Part shown: positions 53,418 to 60,616 of the stretch, in pieces | Layout of the letters: each line of letters starts with the position of its first letter | Position numbering within the stretch: the stretch's first letter is position 1 | Origin: a virus | Taxonomy: Duplodnaviria; Caudoviricetes | Reading direction: 5' to 3' (one strand) | Length of the DNA: 60,616 nucleotides | Virus record (IMG/VR): IMGVR_UViG_3300037258_000413 | Location: 1-60,616 of that record | The notes under the pieces: model-generated | Database searches by the model: none | The model's input: only the letters and a program-made list of their open reading frames with translations | What the model was told of the DNA's origin: nothing | Position numbers and translations under genes: made by a program

Positions 53418-56400
53418 CGAGCTTCCCGCAGTCCCCCCTCGGGACGATGGTCGAGCTGTATCTCGGGTCGTGGACGGACATCTCGACGTACGTGTATCAG
53501 CGCGCCCTGGTCGCCATCAGCAGCGGCAAGCAGAACCAGACGTCGCAGATCTCCCCGGCGCAGTGCACGATGGCGCTCAACAACCGCGACGGGCGTTTCA
53601 GCATCAGCAACCCGGTCGGCCCCTACTTCGGGTCGCTGGTGCGCAACACCCCGGGGCGCGTGTCGGTGCCGAACTCGCTGCTGCCCGCGCCCGGGAACAC
53701 CACGTACATGCGGTTGCAGGACGACGCGGTGTCCTACGCGTCGTGCCCGGCCGCGTCCCGGATCGAGCTGACCGGGTCGTTCGAGGTGCGGATCGACGTG
53801 GACGTCCACGGATACGGTCCCGTGGTGCTCGCCGGCAGCTGGGGGGCGTCGGCGTCGGTGCCGCAGCAGCGCTCGTGGGCGCTCGTGCTCACGCCGAGCG
53901 GCCAGGTGGGGATCTGCCTATCGCAGGACGGGACGGCGCTAGGGGTGACGGGTCCGACCGTGTTCTCGGACCCGAACGCGCCGCTGCCCCTCGGGCGCTG
54001 CGTGATCCGCGCCACGGTGAACCTGAGCAGCGGTGTCGTGGGCTTCTCGTACGGTGCGGCCGGGCAGATCAACGGCTCGACATTCACCGCGCTGGGTGTG
54101 AACGCGGTCTACAGCGAGGCGATCCCGGCCTCAATCTTCGCGTCCAGCACGCAGCCGCTGACCGTCGGCTATGCGCCGGGCATGGAGTACGACGTGCAGC
54201 AGCTGAGCACGCTCCCATACGAGAACGCGTGGCTCGGGGTGACCGGCTCCATCTTCGACTTCCAGCTGCGATCGAGCATCGGCGGCACCGTGGTCGCCCA
54301 GGCCGCGTTCAACGCGCAGAACGCCGGCGCGACGAGCTGGACGGACTCGCCGGGCAACACCTGGACGCTGAACGGCACCGCGGCCCTGGTGAACCGGTCC
54401 TACCGGTTCCACGGCGAGCTCGCCCAGGCCCCGAAAGCCTCGGACCCCTCGCTGACCGACATCTACTCGCAGGCCACCTTCTCCGGGGTGCTCCGGCGCC
54501 TGCAGCAGGCCGAGAACCCGCTGAACTCCCCGATGTACCGGGCGGTCCTCGCGCAGGCCACCTCCGGCTCGCTGTTCGCGGCGCCCGCCGTGGCGTACTG
54601 GCCGTGCGAGGACGGGATCGGTGCCACCCAGCTGGCCTCCGCGATCACCGGGGGCAGCGCGATGACGATCAACGGCGCGCCGCAGCTCTCGAGCAACACC
54701 GACTTCCTGTGCTCCGATTCCCTCCCCACCCTCAACGGGAGCCGCTGGAGCGGCAACGTGAGCTCGGCGGGGATGTCCTGGAGCGAGAACGTCCTCGGAC
54801 TGCTGCTGGAGCTCCCATCCGGCGGGGAGGCCAACGGCGCGGTGATCGCGTCGCTGTTCACCGCCGGCACCTACGCGCGCATCGACCTCGTGTACGCGTC
54901 CGCGTCCTCGGGCTCCCTCGGCTACAACGCGTACAACTCGGCCGGGACCCTGGTGGCGAACGTCACGGGCGTGCAGTACGAGACCAACGGGGGCGCCGTC
55001 ACCGTGGGGGTGAACGGGAATCGGGCGCTGATCGAGATCAGCATCACGCCCAGCGGCGCGGACGTGTTCTGCAACCTCAACGCGCGCGTGCCCGCGAGCG
55101 GCGCGGTGACCGGCGCCAACGAGTTCGTCCTCGGCACCGTCGGCGCGGTCACACGCGTCATGATCAACCCCAACGGCACCCTGACGAACACCGTGGTCGG
55201 CCACGTGTTCGTCGCGAACGCGGGCGACAACGGCAGCCAGCTCACCTCTCCCGGATACGGGGCCCTCGGAGCATGGGTGGGAGAGCCGGCCGGGGCCCGG
55301 GTGCAGCGGCTGCTGACCGAGGAGAGCGTCCAGGCCCGCGTATACGGGCATCCCTCGCTCTCGGCGCCGATGGGCGCGCAGAGCATTGAGACGCTCCCGG
55401 AGCTGCTCCAGGAATGCGAGACCACCGACGGCGGAATGCTCATCGAGCCCCCCACCTGCGTCGGAATGGGCTACCGGACGCTGTACTCGCTCTACAACCA
55501 GTCCGCGAAAGCGGTCGCCGCGTTCACCTCGGCCGCGGTGGCCGCGGGGTTCTCCTCGATCGCGGACGACCTGCTCTCCGTCAACGACGTGACCGCGACG
55601 AACATCGACGGCAGCTCTGCACGGCAGTATCTGGCCTCCGGGCCCATGTCGGTGCTCGCGCCCCCCAACGGCATCGGCCGCGTGGATACCGAGGTCCAGG
55701 TGAACGCCGCCTCCGACACCCAACTCCAGCCGATCGCGCAGTGGATCCTGCACGTCTCCACCGACCCGCACGAAAGGTTCCCGGCGATCCCGTTCGACCT
55801 CGCACGCCCGCAGACCCCGTATTCGGTCGCGACGCTGCGCGCCGGGGACCTCCTGGCCGTCACCTCCCCGCCCACCTGGATGCAGTACGACGAGGTCGAC
55901 CAGCTCGCCGCCGGGTTCACCGAGAACCTCGGGCCGGCCGGGACGTGGCAGATCGCCGTCAACGGGATCCCCGCCTACCCGTACACGATCATGTCGGTTG
56001 CTCCCGCGCTCTCCACCGCGGCATCGTTCGCCGGGTCCGGGGCGTTCGCGACGCACATCGACACCGACGGCACGACCCTCACCTCCTCGGTCACCTCCAG
56101 TGCAACCGGGCTCTCGTTCACCACGACCGAGACCGGCATGCCGGTCTGGACCACCAACCCGGTCGACTTCCCGTTCGACGTGCAGTGCGCGGGCGAGCGG
56201 ATCACCGTGGTCGGCCCGGGCGCGTGCCTGGGGATCGATCCGTTCCTCGCGAACGGGGTCACCGACTACGCGGGGCAGCAGGCGAGCATCTCGCTCTCCA
56301 CCGCGCACGGGGCCCCGGCGGTGGCGAACGGATACGCCACGAGCGTGATCCTGGTCGCCCCGGCCGGGGCCCCGAACACCTTCGCGGACGTCGTGGGGAC

Positions 56401-56818
56401 CGCCACCGGCGCCGGCACGGTGGCGACGAGCACCGGGCACACGCTGTGGGCGTGGGTGTTCAACACCACCGGGCGCACCTACCAGCTTGCCGCGAACTGG
56501 TTCCTGGGCGCCGGGTACGTCTCGACGTCCCTGGCGACCGGGGTGGCGATCCCGGCCGGGGTGTGGACGCTGATCACCGGCACCGTCACCTCACCCGCTT
56601 CCGGGGTCAACGCGGTACAGCTCGCGGTGAGCGACCAGTCCTCCCCTGGCGCCGGCAACACCTTCTACGTGTGGGGCCTGGACGGCTGCCCCACCGCGGG
56701 GATCAACGCGGCCTCCCCGCAGGCCTTCACCGCCGTGCGCTCCGTGAACGGCGTCGTCAAGGCGCAGGGCGCCGCCACGCCGGTCAGCCTGTGGTACCCG
56801 CCCACCATCGGACTCTGA
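53414..56818 (+). CDS. Large minor tail/baseplate protein (Dit/Tal-like with lectin-like domains)
   Basis: WTDIS...LNNRDGRFS..NP...RNTP; AYWPCED; GERITV; RSVNGVVK. Confidence 0.85.
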   Translation: MTSFPQSPLGTMVELYLGSWTDISTYVYQRALVAISSGKQNQTSQISPAQCTMALNNRDGRFSISNPVGPYFGSLVRNTPGRVSVPNSLLPAPGNTTYMRLQDDAVSYASCPAASRIELTGSFEVRIDVDVHGYGPVVLAGSWGASASVPQQRSWALVLTPSGQVGICLSQDGTALGVTGPTVFSDPNAPLPLGRCVIRATVNLSSGVVGFSYGAAGQINGSTFTALGVNAVYSEAIPASIFASSTQPLTVGYAPGMEYDVQQLSTLPYENAWLGVTGSIFDFQLRSSIGGTVVAQAAFNAQNAGATSWTDSPGNTWTLNGTAALVNRSYRFHGELAQAPKASDPSLTDIYSQATFSGVLRRLQQAENPLNSPMYRAVLAQATSGSLFAAPAVAYWPCEDGIGATQLASAITGGSAMTINGAPQLSSNTDFLCSDSLPTLNGSRWSGNVSSAGMSWSENVLGLLLELPSGGEANGAVIASLFTAGTYARIDLVYASASSGSLGYNAYNSAGTLVANVTGVQYETNGGAVTVGVNGNRALIEISITPSGADVFCNLNARVPASGAVTGANEFVLGTVGAVTRVMINPNGTLTNTVVGHVFVANAGDNGSQLTSPGYGALGAWVGEPAGARVQRLLTEESVQARVYGHPSLSAPMGAQSIETLPELLQECETTDGGMLIEPPTCVGMGYRTLYSLYNQSAKAVAAFTSAAVAAGFSSIADDLLSVNDVTATNIDGSSARQYLASGPMSVLAPPNGIGRVDTEVQVNAASDTQLQPIAQWILHVSTDPHERFPAIPFDLARPQTPYSVATLRAGDLLAVTSPPTWMQYDEVDQLAAGFTENLGPAGTWQIAVNGIPAYPYTIMSVAPALSTAASFAGSGAFATHIDTDGTTLTSSVTSSATGLSFTTTETGMPVWTTNPVDFPFDVQCAGERITVVGPGACLGIDPFLANGVTDYAGQQASISLSTAHGAPAVANGYATSVILVAPAGAPNTFADVVGTATGAGTVATSTGHTLWAWVFNTTGRTYQLAANWFLGAGYVSTSLATGVAIPAGVWTLITGTVTSPASGVNAVQLAVSDQSSPGAGNTFYVWGLDGCPTAGINAASPQAFTAVRSVNGVVKAQGAATPVSLWYPPTIGL

Positions 56819-56831
56819 GAAGGAGGCCCGC

Positions 56832-57308
56832 ATGCCGCTTGCCGGAGAGAACGGCACCGCTTCGGTGCTCACCGTCGGGCTGCCGTACGACTCGGTGCCG
56901 CTCATGGCGTCCTCGAACGGGACCCCCACCTCCGGCACGACCGAGACGTTCGACGCGGTCCTCGGGTATCTGCAGTGCAGCCTGGTGCTCGGGCACTGGT
57001 ACCGGGCGGCTCTCGACGACGCGATCGGCAACGGGTCGGTGGCGGCCGACGTGTTCACGGTGCAGATCCGCAATTCGCAGTCGGCGTCCAACCCGACCTC
57101 CAGCTCGACGCTGGTGGCGCAGACCGAGTTTTACGCTTCGGCTATTGGAACGGCGGGGCGCACCGGGCTCGTGCTGGGGGCCCCGTTCGAGTGCACGGTC
57201 GCGGGGTCGAACACATTCGGGGTATCGGCGACGCGCCAAAGCGGCACCGGGGTTTTCACACCGGTGGGCTCGCGCTGGCTGTACGTGGTGGACCTGGGCG
57301 GCAACTGA
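56832..57308 (+). CDS. Minor tail protein
   Basis: Beta-rich, ends LYVVDLG; AAGGAGG RBS. Confidence 0.7.
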   Translation: MPLAGENGTASVLTVGLPYDSVPLMASSNGTPTSGTTETFDAVLGYLQCSLVLGHWYRAALDDAIGNGSVAADVFTVQIRNSQSASNPTSSSTLVAQTEFYASAIGTAGRTGLVLGAPFECTVAGSNTFGVSATRQSGTGVFTPVGSRWLYVVDLGGN

Positions 57309-57328
57309 TGAAGAAGGGGAAGGGCGCG

Positions 57329-57535
57329 ATGACCGGATGGTCCTGGTACTGGCTTTTCTGGCTCGTGATCGGCTTCGGAGTCCCGGAGGGCATCGCGCTG
57401 GTGCGCAACCCGAAGGACACGCTCTCCTACCAGGTATGGGACCTGGAAGGGTCCGGGGCGACGTTCATGCGATACGTCGTCGCGGCGTTCCTGGTGTGGC
57501 TGCTGCTGCACATGGTGTTCAGGCTCTTCCGATGA
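57329..57535 (+). CDS. Small two-TM membrane protein (possible holin)
   Basis: WYWLFWL...E.IAL...DTLSYQVW...WLLLH. Confidence 0.7.
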   Translation: MTGWSWYWLFWLVIGFGVPEGIALVRNPKDTLSYQVWDLEGSGATFMRYVVAAFLVWLLLHMVFRLFR

Positions 57536-57981
57536 AAGGGGTCGACGTGAGCGCGCAGCCCGAACCCATGCGCCAGACGGCGCCGTACCCCGAGATCCTC
57601 GCGGCCCTGGTCGATCGCGTCCGATACCGGGCCGGCTGGCGGTTCGCGCTGGCCGACCTCGACCGTGGCCAGGGGAGCGTCGGACTCACCCTCGTCATCA
57701 CGACGCTCGGCACGAACTCGTACCACCCGGAGGAGACCAACTACCGGGTCAACCACTACATGATCGTCCCGGCCGCCGCGTACGACGAACGCTCGTGGCG
57801 GCGCTGGATTTTCGAGCAGCTGCTCCTGGTCGAGCGGCATGAGGCGATGGAGTTCTTCCGGGTCAAGGAGGAGAGGCCCTTTGCCCCGTCCCACGGGTTC
57901 GGTCAGGACCCGTACATCGTGCGGGAGTTGGGCACCGAGCAGGACCAACGCACGTCCTTCCGCAACGAGCTGAATGGCTGA
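57532..57981 (+). CDS. Hypothetical protein
   Basis: YRAGWRF...VNHY..VP...ERHEAMEFF...FAPSH. Confidence 0.7.
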   Translation: MKGVDVSAQPEPMRQTAPYPEILAALVDRVRYRAGWRFALADLDRGQGSVGLTLVITTLGTNSYHPEETNYRVNHYMIVPAAAYDERSWRRWIFEQLLLVERHEAMEFFRVKEERPFAPSHGFGQDPYIVRELGTEQDQRTSFRNELNG

Positions 57982-58426
57982 CGGGGGAAAGATGTCCGAA
58001 GTTGCCGCACACGACCAGGCCGAGACGCACCACTACGCCGTGCATTTCCCGGAGCATCCGGCGCGCACCGACGACCCCCACTACAAGGACTTCGACCACC
58101 TGCACCGCGAGTGGAAGAAGGACCCTGAGAAGTGGCAGTGCGCGATCGGGAAGCACCGCGGGGACTTCTCCGAATGCGACCTCGCCAAGCCGCTCGAGCT
58201 GCACCACTCGCACGTCGAGTTCTCGCTCCAGAACGGCGTCGACCTCGCATGGCTGGAAGCCGACTATCCCGGCATCAGCGACCCGGAACAGGTGGGCGCA
58301 TGGGTGGAGTCCGCGGACAACCTCATCGTCCTGTGCGTCTTCCACCACCGCGGGCACGGCGGCGTGCACGTGGCCGCGGCCGCAGACTACGAGGCCGAGA
58401 AGTACGTTAGAGGGCTGATCTCGTGA
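57974..58426 (+). CDS. HNH-like His/Cys protein
   Basis: C...C...LELHHSHVE...NLIVLCVFHHRG..GVH. Confidence 0.65.
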   Translation: MADGGKMSEVAAHDQAETHHYAVHFPEHPARTDDPHYKDFDHLHREWKKDPEKWQCAIGKHRGDFSECDLAKPLELHHSHVEFSLQNGVDLAWLEADYPGISDPEQVGAWVESADNLIVLCVFHHRGHGGVHVAAAADYEAEKYVRGLIS

Positions 58427-58869
58427 GCGGCACGGGGCGCAAGGCGCTGACCGCGGCGTCGATCTTCGGGTTGTGCGACGGCTTGATGTCGATCCTCGGC
58501 GTGATCTTCACGCTGCGCGCCCATCCGGCGCTGGTGCCGTGGTCGGCCGCGATCGGAGGGATCGGCGCTGGGCTGTCGATGGCGGTCGGCCAGTACGTGT
58601 CCACCGACAACGACGACGGCGCCCCGGCGTGCCTGACGCTCGGGCTCGCCACGAGCGTCGGATCAGTGCTGCCGGCGCTCCCGTATCTGGCGCTGCACGG
58701 GGCCGCGGCGATCTGGAGCACGGGCGCGATCTGCTTCGTGCTCGTGTGCGTCGTCGCGGTGCTGCGCACCGGCGGACGCGCGCGGCGCGGTGTGCTGGTG
58801 TTCGGGTTGCTGTCCGGGGTGTTCGGCGTGACCCTGGGCTGCGCGCTGGCCGCTCCGGCAGGTGCCTGA
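58423..58869 (+). CDS. VIT1/CCC1-family membrane protein (minimal)
   Basis: IFGLCDGLMSILGV...AGLSMAVGQYVS...GSVLPALPY. Confidence 0.8.
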   Translation: MSGTGRKALTAASIFGLCDGLMSILGVIFTLRAHPALVPWSAAIGGIGAGLSMAVGQYVSTDNDDGAPACLTLGLATSVGSVLPALPYLALHGAAAIWSTGAICFVLVCVVAVLRTGGRARRGVLVFGLLSGVFGVTLGCALAAPAGA

Positions 58870-59258
58870 TGGTCCAGCACGGGGGGACGCTCTGGGCGCG
58901 GCACGGGCACGTCGCGCACGACCTGTCCTTCGGCGAGCGAGCGGCGGACCGGCTGAAAGCGGTATTCGGAACGTGGTCGCTGCTGTTCGGGATCATCGCG
59001 TTCATCCTGTTCTGGCTGTCCTTCATCACGGACCCGGGCGAGCTCAAGCTCAACCTCGGACTCTCCTTCGTCGCCTCGGTGCAGGGCGTCGTGCTACAGA
59101 TCGCCGCGAACCGCGGGGACCGGATCAGCGCGCAGGTCGCGCTGCACACGCAGAAGAACACCGACGAGCTCATGGAGCTCAACAAGCAGCAGCTCGCGAT
59201 CCTGACGGAGCTCAAGCAGCTACGCGCCGCTGTCGAAGCGAAGGGAGATCCCTCATGA
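58869..59258 (+). CDS. DUF1003-like membrane protein
   Basis: SFGERAADRL...FGTW...LNLGLS..AS.Q...IAANR, followed by a coiled coil. Confidence 0.8.
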   Translation: MVQHGGTLWARHGHVAHDLSFGERAADRLKAVFGTWSLLFGIIAFILFWLSFITDPGELKLNLGLSFVASVQGVVLQIAANRGDRISAQVALHTQKNTDELMELNKQQLAILTELKQLRAAVEAKGDPS

Positions 59259-60088
59259 CACGTCCGATGTTCGACGGAATCAACACAGACGTCCCGGCGA
59301 TCGCCGCGATCCTCTCCGCGATCCCCCTGGTCGCAGGGTACGACGACGGGGATTACGCCTGGTCCGCCGAGGACTGGGACCGGTTCCCGAACTCGGTGCA
59401 CGTCCACATCGTGGTGCACGCGTCCACGAACTCCGGGTCGGTGCTCGACGTCGAGAACGGCGATGCCACCCCCGCGCAGGCGGTGGGCTGGGTGGTGATG
59501 CGCCGCGCGGCTGGCGCCGACCCGTCCGTGTACTGCAATCAGCAGGACACCGGCACCGGCTGGCCGGCGGTACGCGCCGCGTTCCAGGCAGCCGGCGTGG
59601 CCGAGCCGCACTACTGGGTGGCCGCGTACGTGCAGGATCCGTCGCAGGTGCCGGAGATCCCCGCCGGCGCGATCGCGCTGCAGTACTACGACTTCGGCGA
59701 CTACGACGGATCCGTGGTCGCCGACGACTGGCCCGGTGTCGACGAGGCGCCCATGCCTCCCGAACCGCCCGCGCCGCCGACCGTTTCCCTCGAGGAGGAT
59801 CCCATGCAGATCGAACCACTGACCGCGCACCCGGACGAGTACGCCCTCGTCGCCCCCTCCGGCCTGCGCACGCTCACGCTGGTGGCCGACGGCTACAGCC
59901 AGCCGGGCGCCGGGGTGCGCGTGGCCATCTGGGCCGGCAACAGCTGCACCGTCCTCGACGACGTGACCATCGGGGGCGAGTCTGGGGTGCACACCTTCGG
60001 GCACACGCTTCCGGCCGGCTGCACCGGGGTGACGGTGCGGCGCCTGGACGCGCAGGACTATCCGGTGGCCATCGGCTTCCGGCCGTGA
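59255..60088 (+). CDS. Endolysin (GH25-like muramidase with C-terminal domain)
   Basis: VAGYDDG...VLDVENGDATP...PSVYC...YWVAAY...ALQY...D.SVV; Pro-rich linker. Confidence 0.8.
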   Translation: MTRPMFDGINTDVPAIAAILSAIPLVAGYDDGDYAWSAEDWDRFPNSVHVHIVVHASTNSGSVLDVENGDATPAQAVGWVVMRRAAGADPSVYCNQQDTGTGWPAVRAAFQAAGVAEPHYWVAAYVQDPSQVPEIPAGAIALQYYDFGDYDGSVVADDWPGVDEAPMPPEPPAPPTVSLEEDPMQIEPLTAHPDEYALVAPSGLRTLTLVADGYSQPGAGVRVAIWAGNSCTVLDDVTIGGESGVHTFGHTLPAGCTGVTVRRLDAQDYPVAIGFRP

Positions 60089-60120
60089 CCTGAACGGCGC
60101 GTAGAGAGCCGGGGCCGGGA

Positions 60121-60558
60121 ATGGTGCGCGAGGGGTTTCGCAAGCTGGCGGGTGCGCTGCGCCAGGAGCCGTACGAGGCGGCGATCGGCACGGCGTCGCT
60201 CTCGGGCGTCGTGGAGATGGCGACCGGCCGCGGGTCGAACGCGCTGTCGGTGGTGATTCCGCACTGGGCGTTGCACGTGCTGGGCGCCATGGCGATGGTC
60301 GGGGGCGCCTTGACGTTGGCCGGTCTCGTGGTGGCGGCGCTGGCGGCGGACGACGCCGGGGGCGTCCTTGCCCGGCGCATGGAGCAGACAGGACAGATCA
60401 TGCTCTCTGGTGTGCTGGTGGCGCTCGGTATAGGCGCCACGACCTACGGGATCAGCAGTCTCATTCCGGGTGCGATGCAGCTGGCGGTGGGGGCCGCGGC
60501 GGCGGTGCGGGCGGCCGCGATCGCGCGAATCCTGCGCACGGGTGCGCGGCGGCCATGA
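60121..60558 (+). CDS. Multi-TM holin-like protein
   Basis: 3-4 hydrophobic segments directly after the endolysin. Confidence 0.65.
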   Translation: MVREGFRKLAGALRQEPYEAAIGTASLSGVVEMATGRGSNALSVVIPHWALHVLGAMAMVGGALTLAGLVVAALAADDAGGVLARRMEQTGQIMLSGVLVALGIGATTYGISSLIPGAMQLAVGAAAAVRAAAIARILRTGARRP

Positions 60559-60616
60559 GCGCCGGGAACCTGTTCGCGGACGCGGCCGCGCTGGCCGCGT
60601 TGGCGAGCGCGGCGTT

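Larger units (their letters stand above)
1..60616. mobile_element. Complete circular temperate actinophage genome (siphovirus)
   Basis: Integrase, repressor, terminase, portal, protease, capsid, tape measure and lysin are all present; ends overlap by 127 bp; the candidate attP is intact. Confidence 0.95.

Noticed and set aside
53414-57308. Diversity-generating retroelement or invertible tail cassette
   Set aside because: No reverse transcriptase or invertase, and no template/variable repeat pair was seen.
60490-60616. Biological terminal repeat of the virion DNA
   Set aside because: The exact 127-nt length and mid-gene position point to assembler overlap; real termini cannot be inferred.

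Overview
This is an apparently complete, circular genome (about 60.5 kb; the 127-bp terminal overlap looks like an assembly artefact) of a very GC-rich temperate siphovirus infecting a Streptomyces-like actinomycete. Gene order: end of the lysis cassette; a structured non-coding region; a leftward XRE-regulator/STAS operon; candidate attP and large serine integrase; cI/cro switch; early genes (RecE/SSAP pair, replication initiator with internal iterons, VRR-NUC, WhiB, HicA-like); terminase; a 7.9-kb accessory block between terL and portal; HK97-type head; long non-contractile tail with a -1 frameshifted chaperone; and a lysis region carrying HNH-like, VIT1-like and DUF1003-like genes. The standout is a self-contained transcription unit (about 32350-34553) with four tandem Y-RNA-like genes followed by a Ro60/Rsr (TROVE-vWA) gene and no recognisable RtcB. 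The four RNAs share one Ro-binding scaffold but carry different cargo. One resembles tRNA-Arg(ACG) opened inside its anticodon, and another is a permuted tRNA with an intact GCU anticodon hairpin. Also notable are a ~380-nt highly structured candidate ncRNA (598-980), paired operators controlling a phage anti-anti-sigma factor, and a LexA-type box at the structural-operon promoter. All family calls come from motif recognition by eye; no searches were run.
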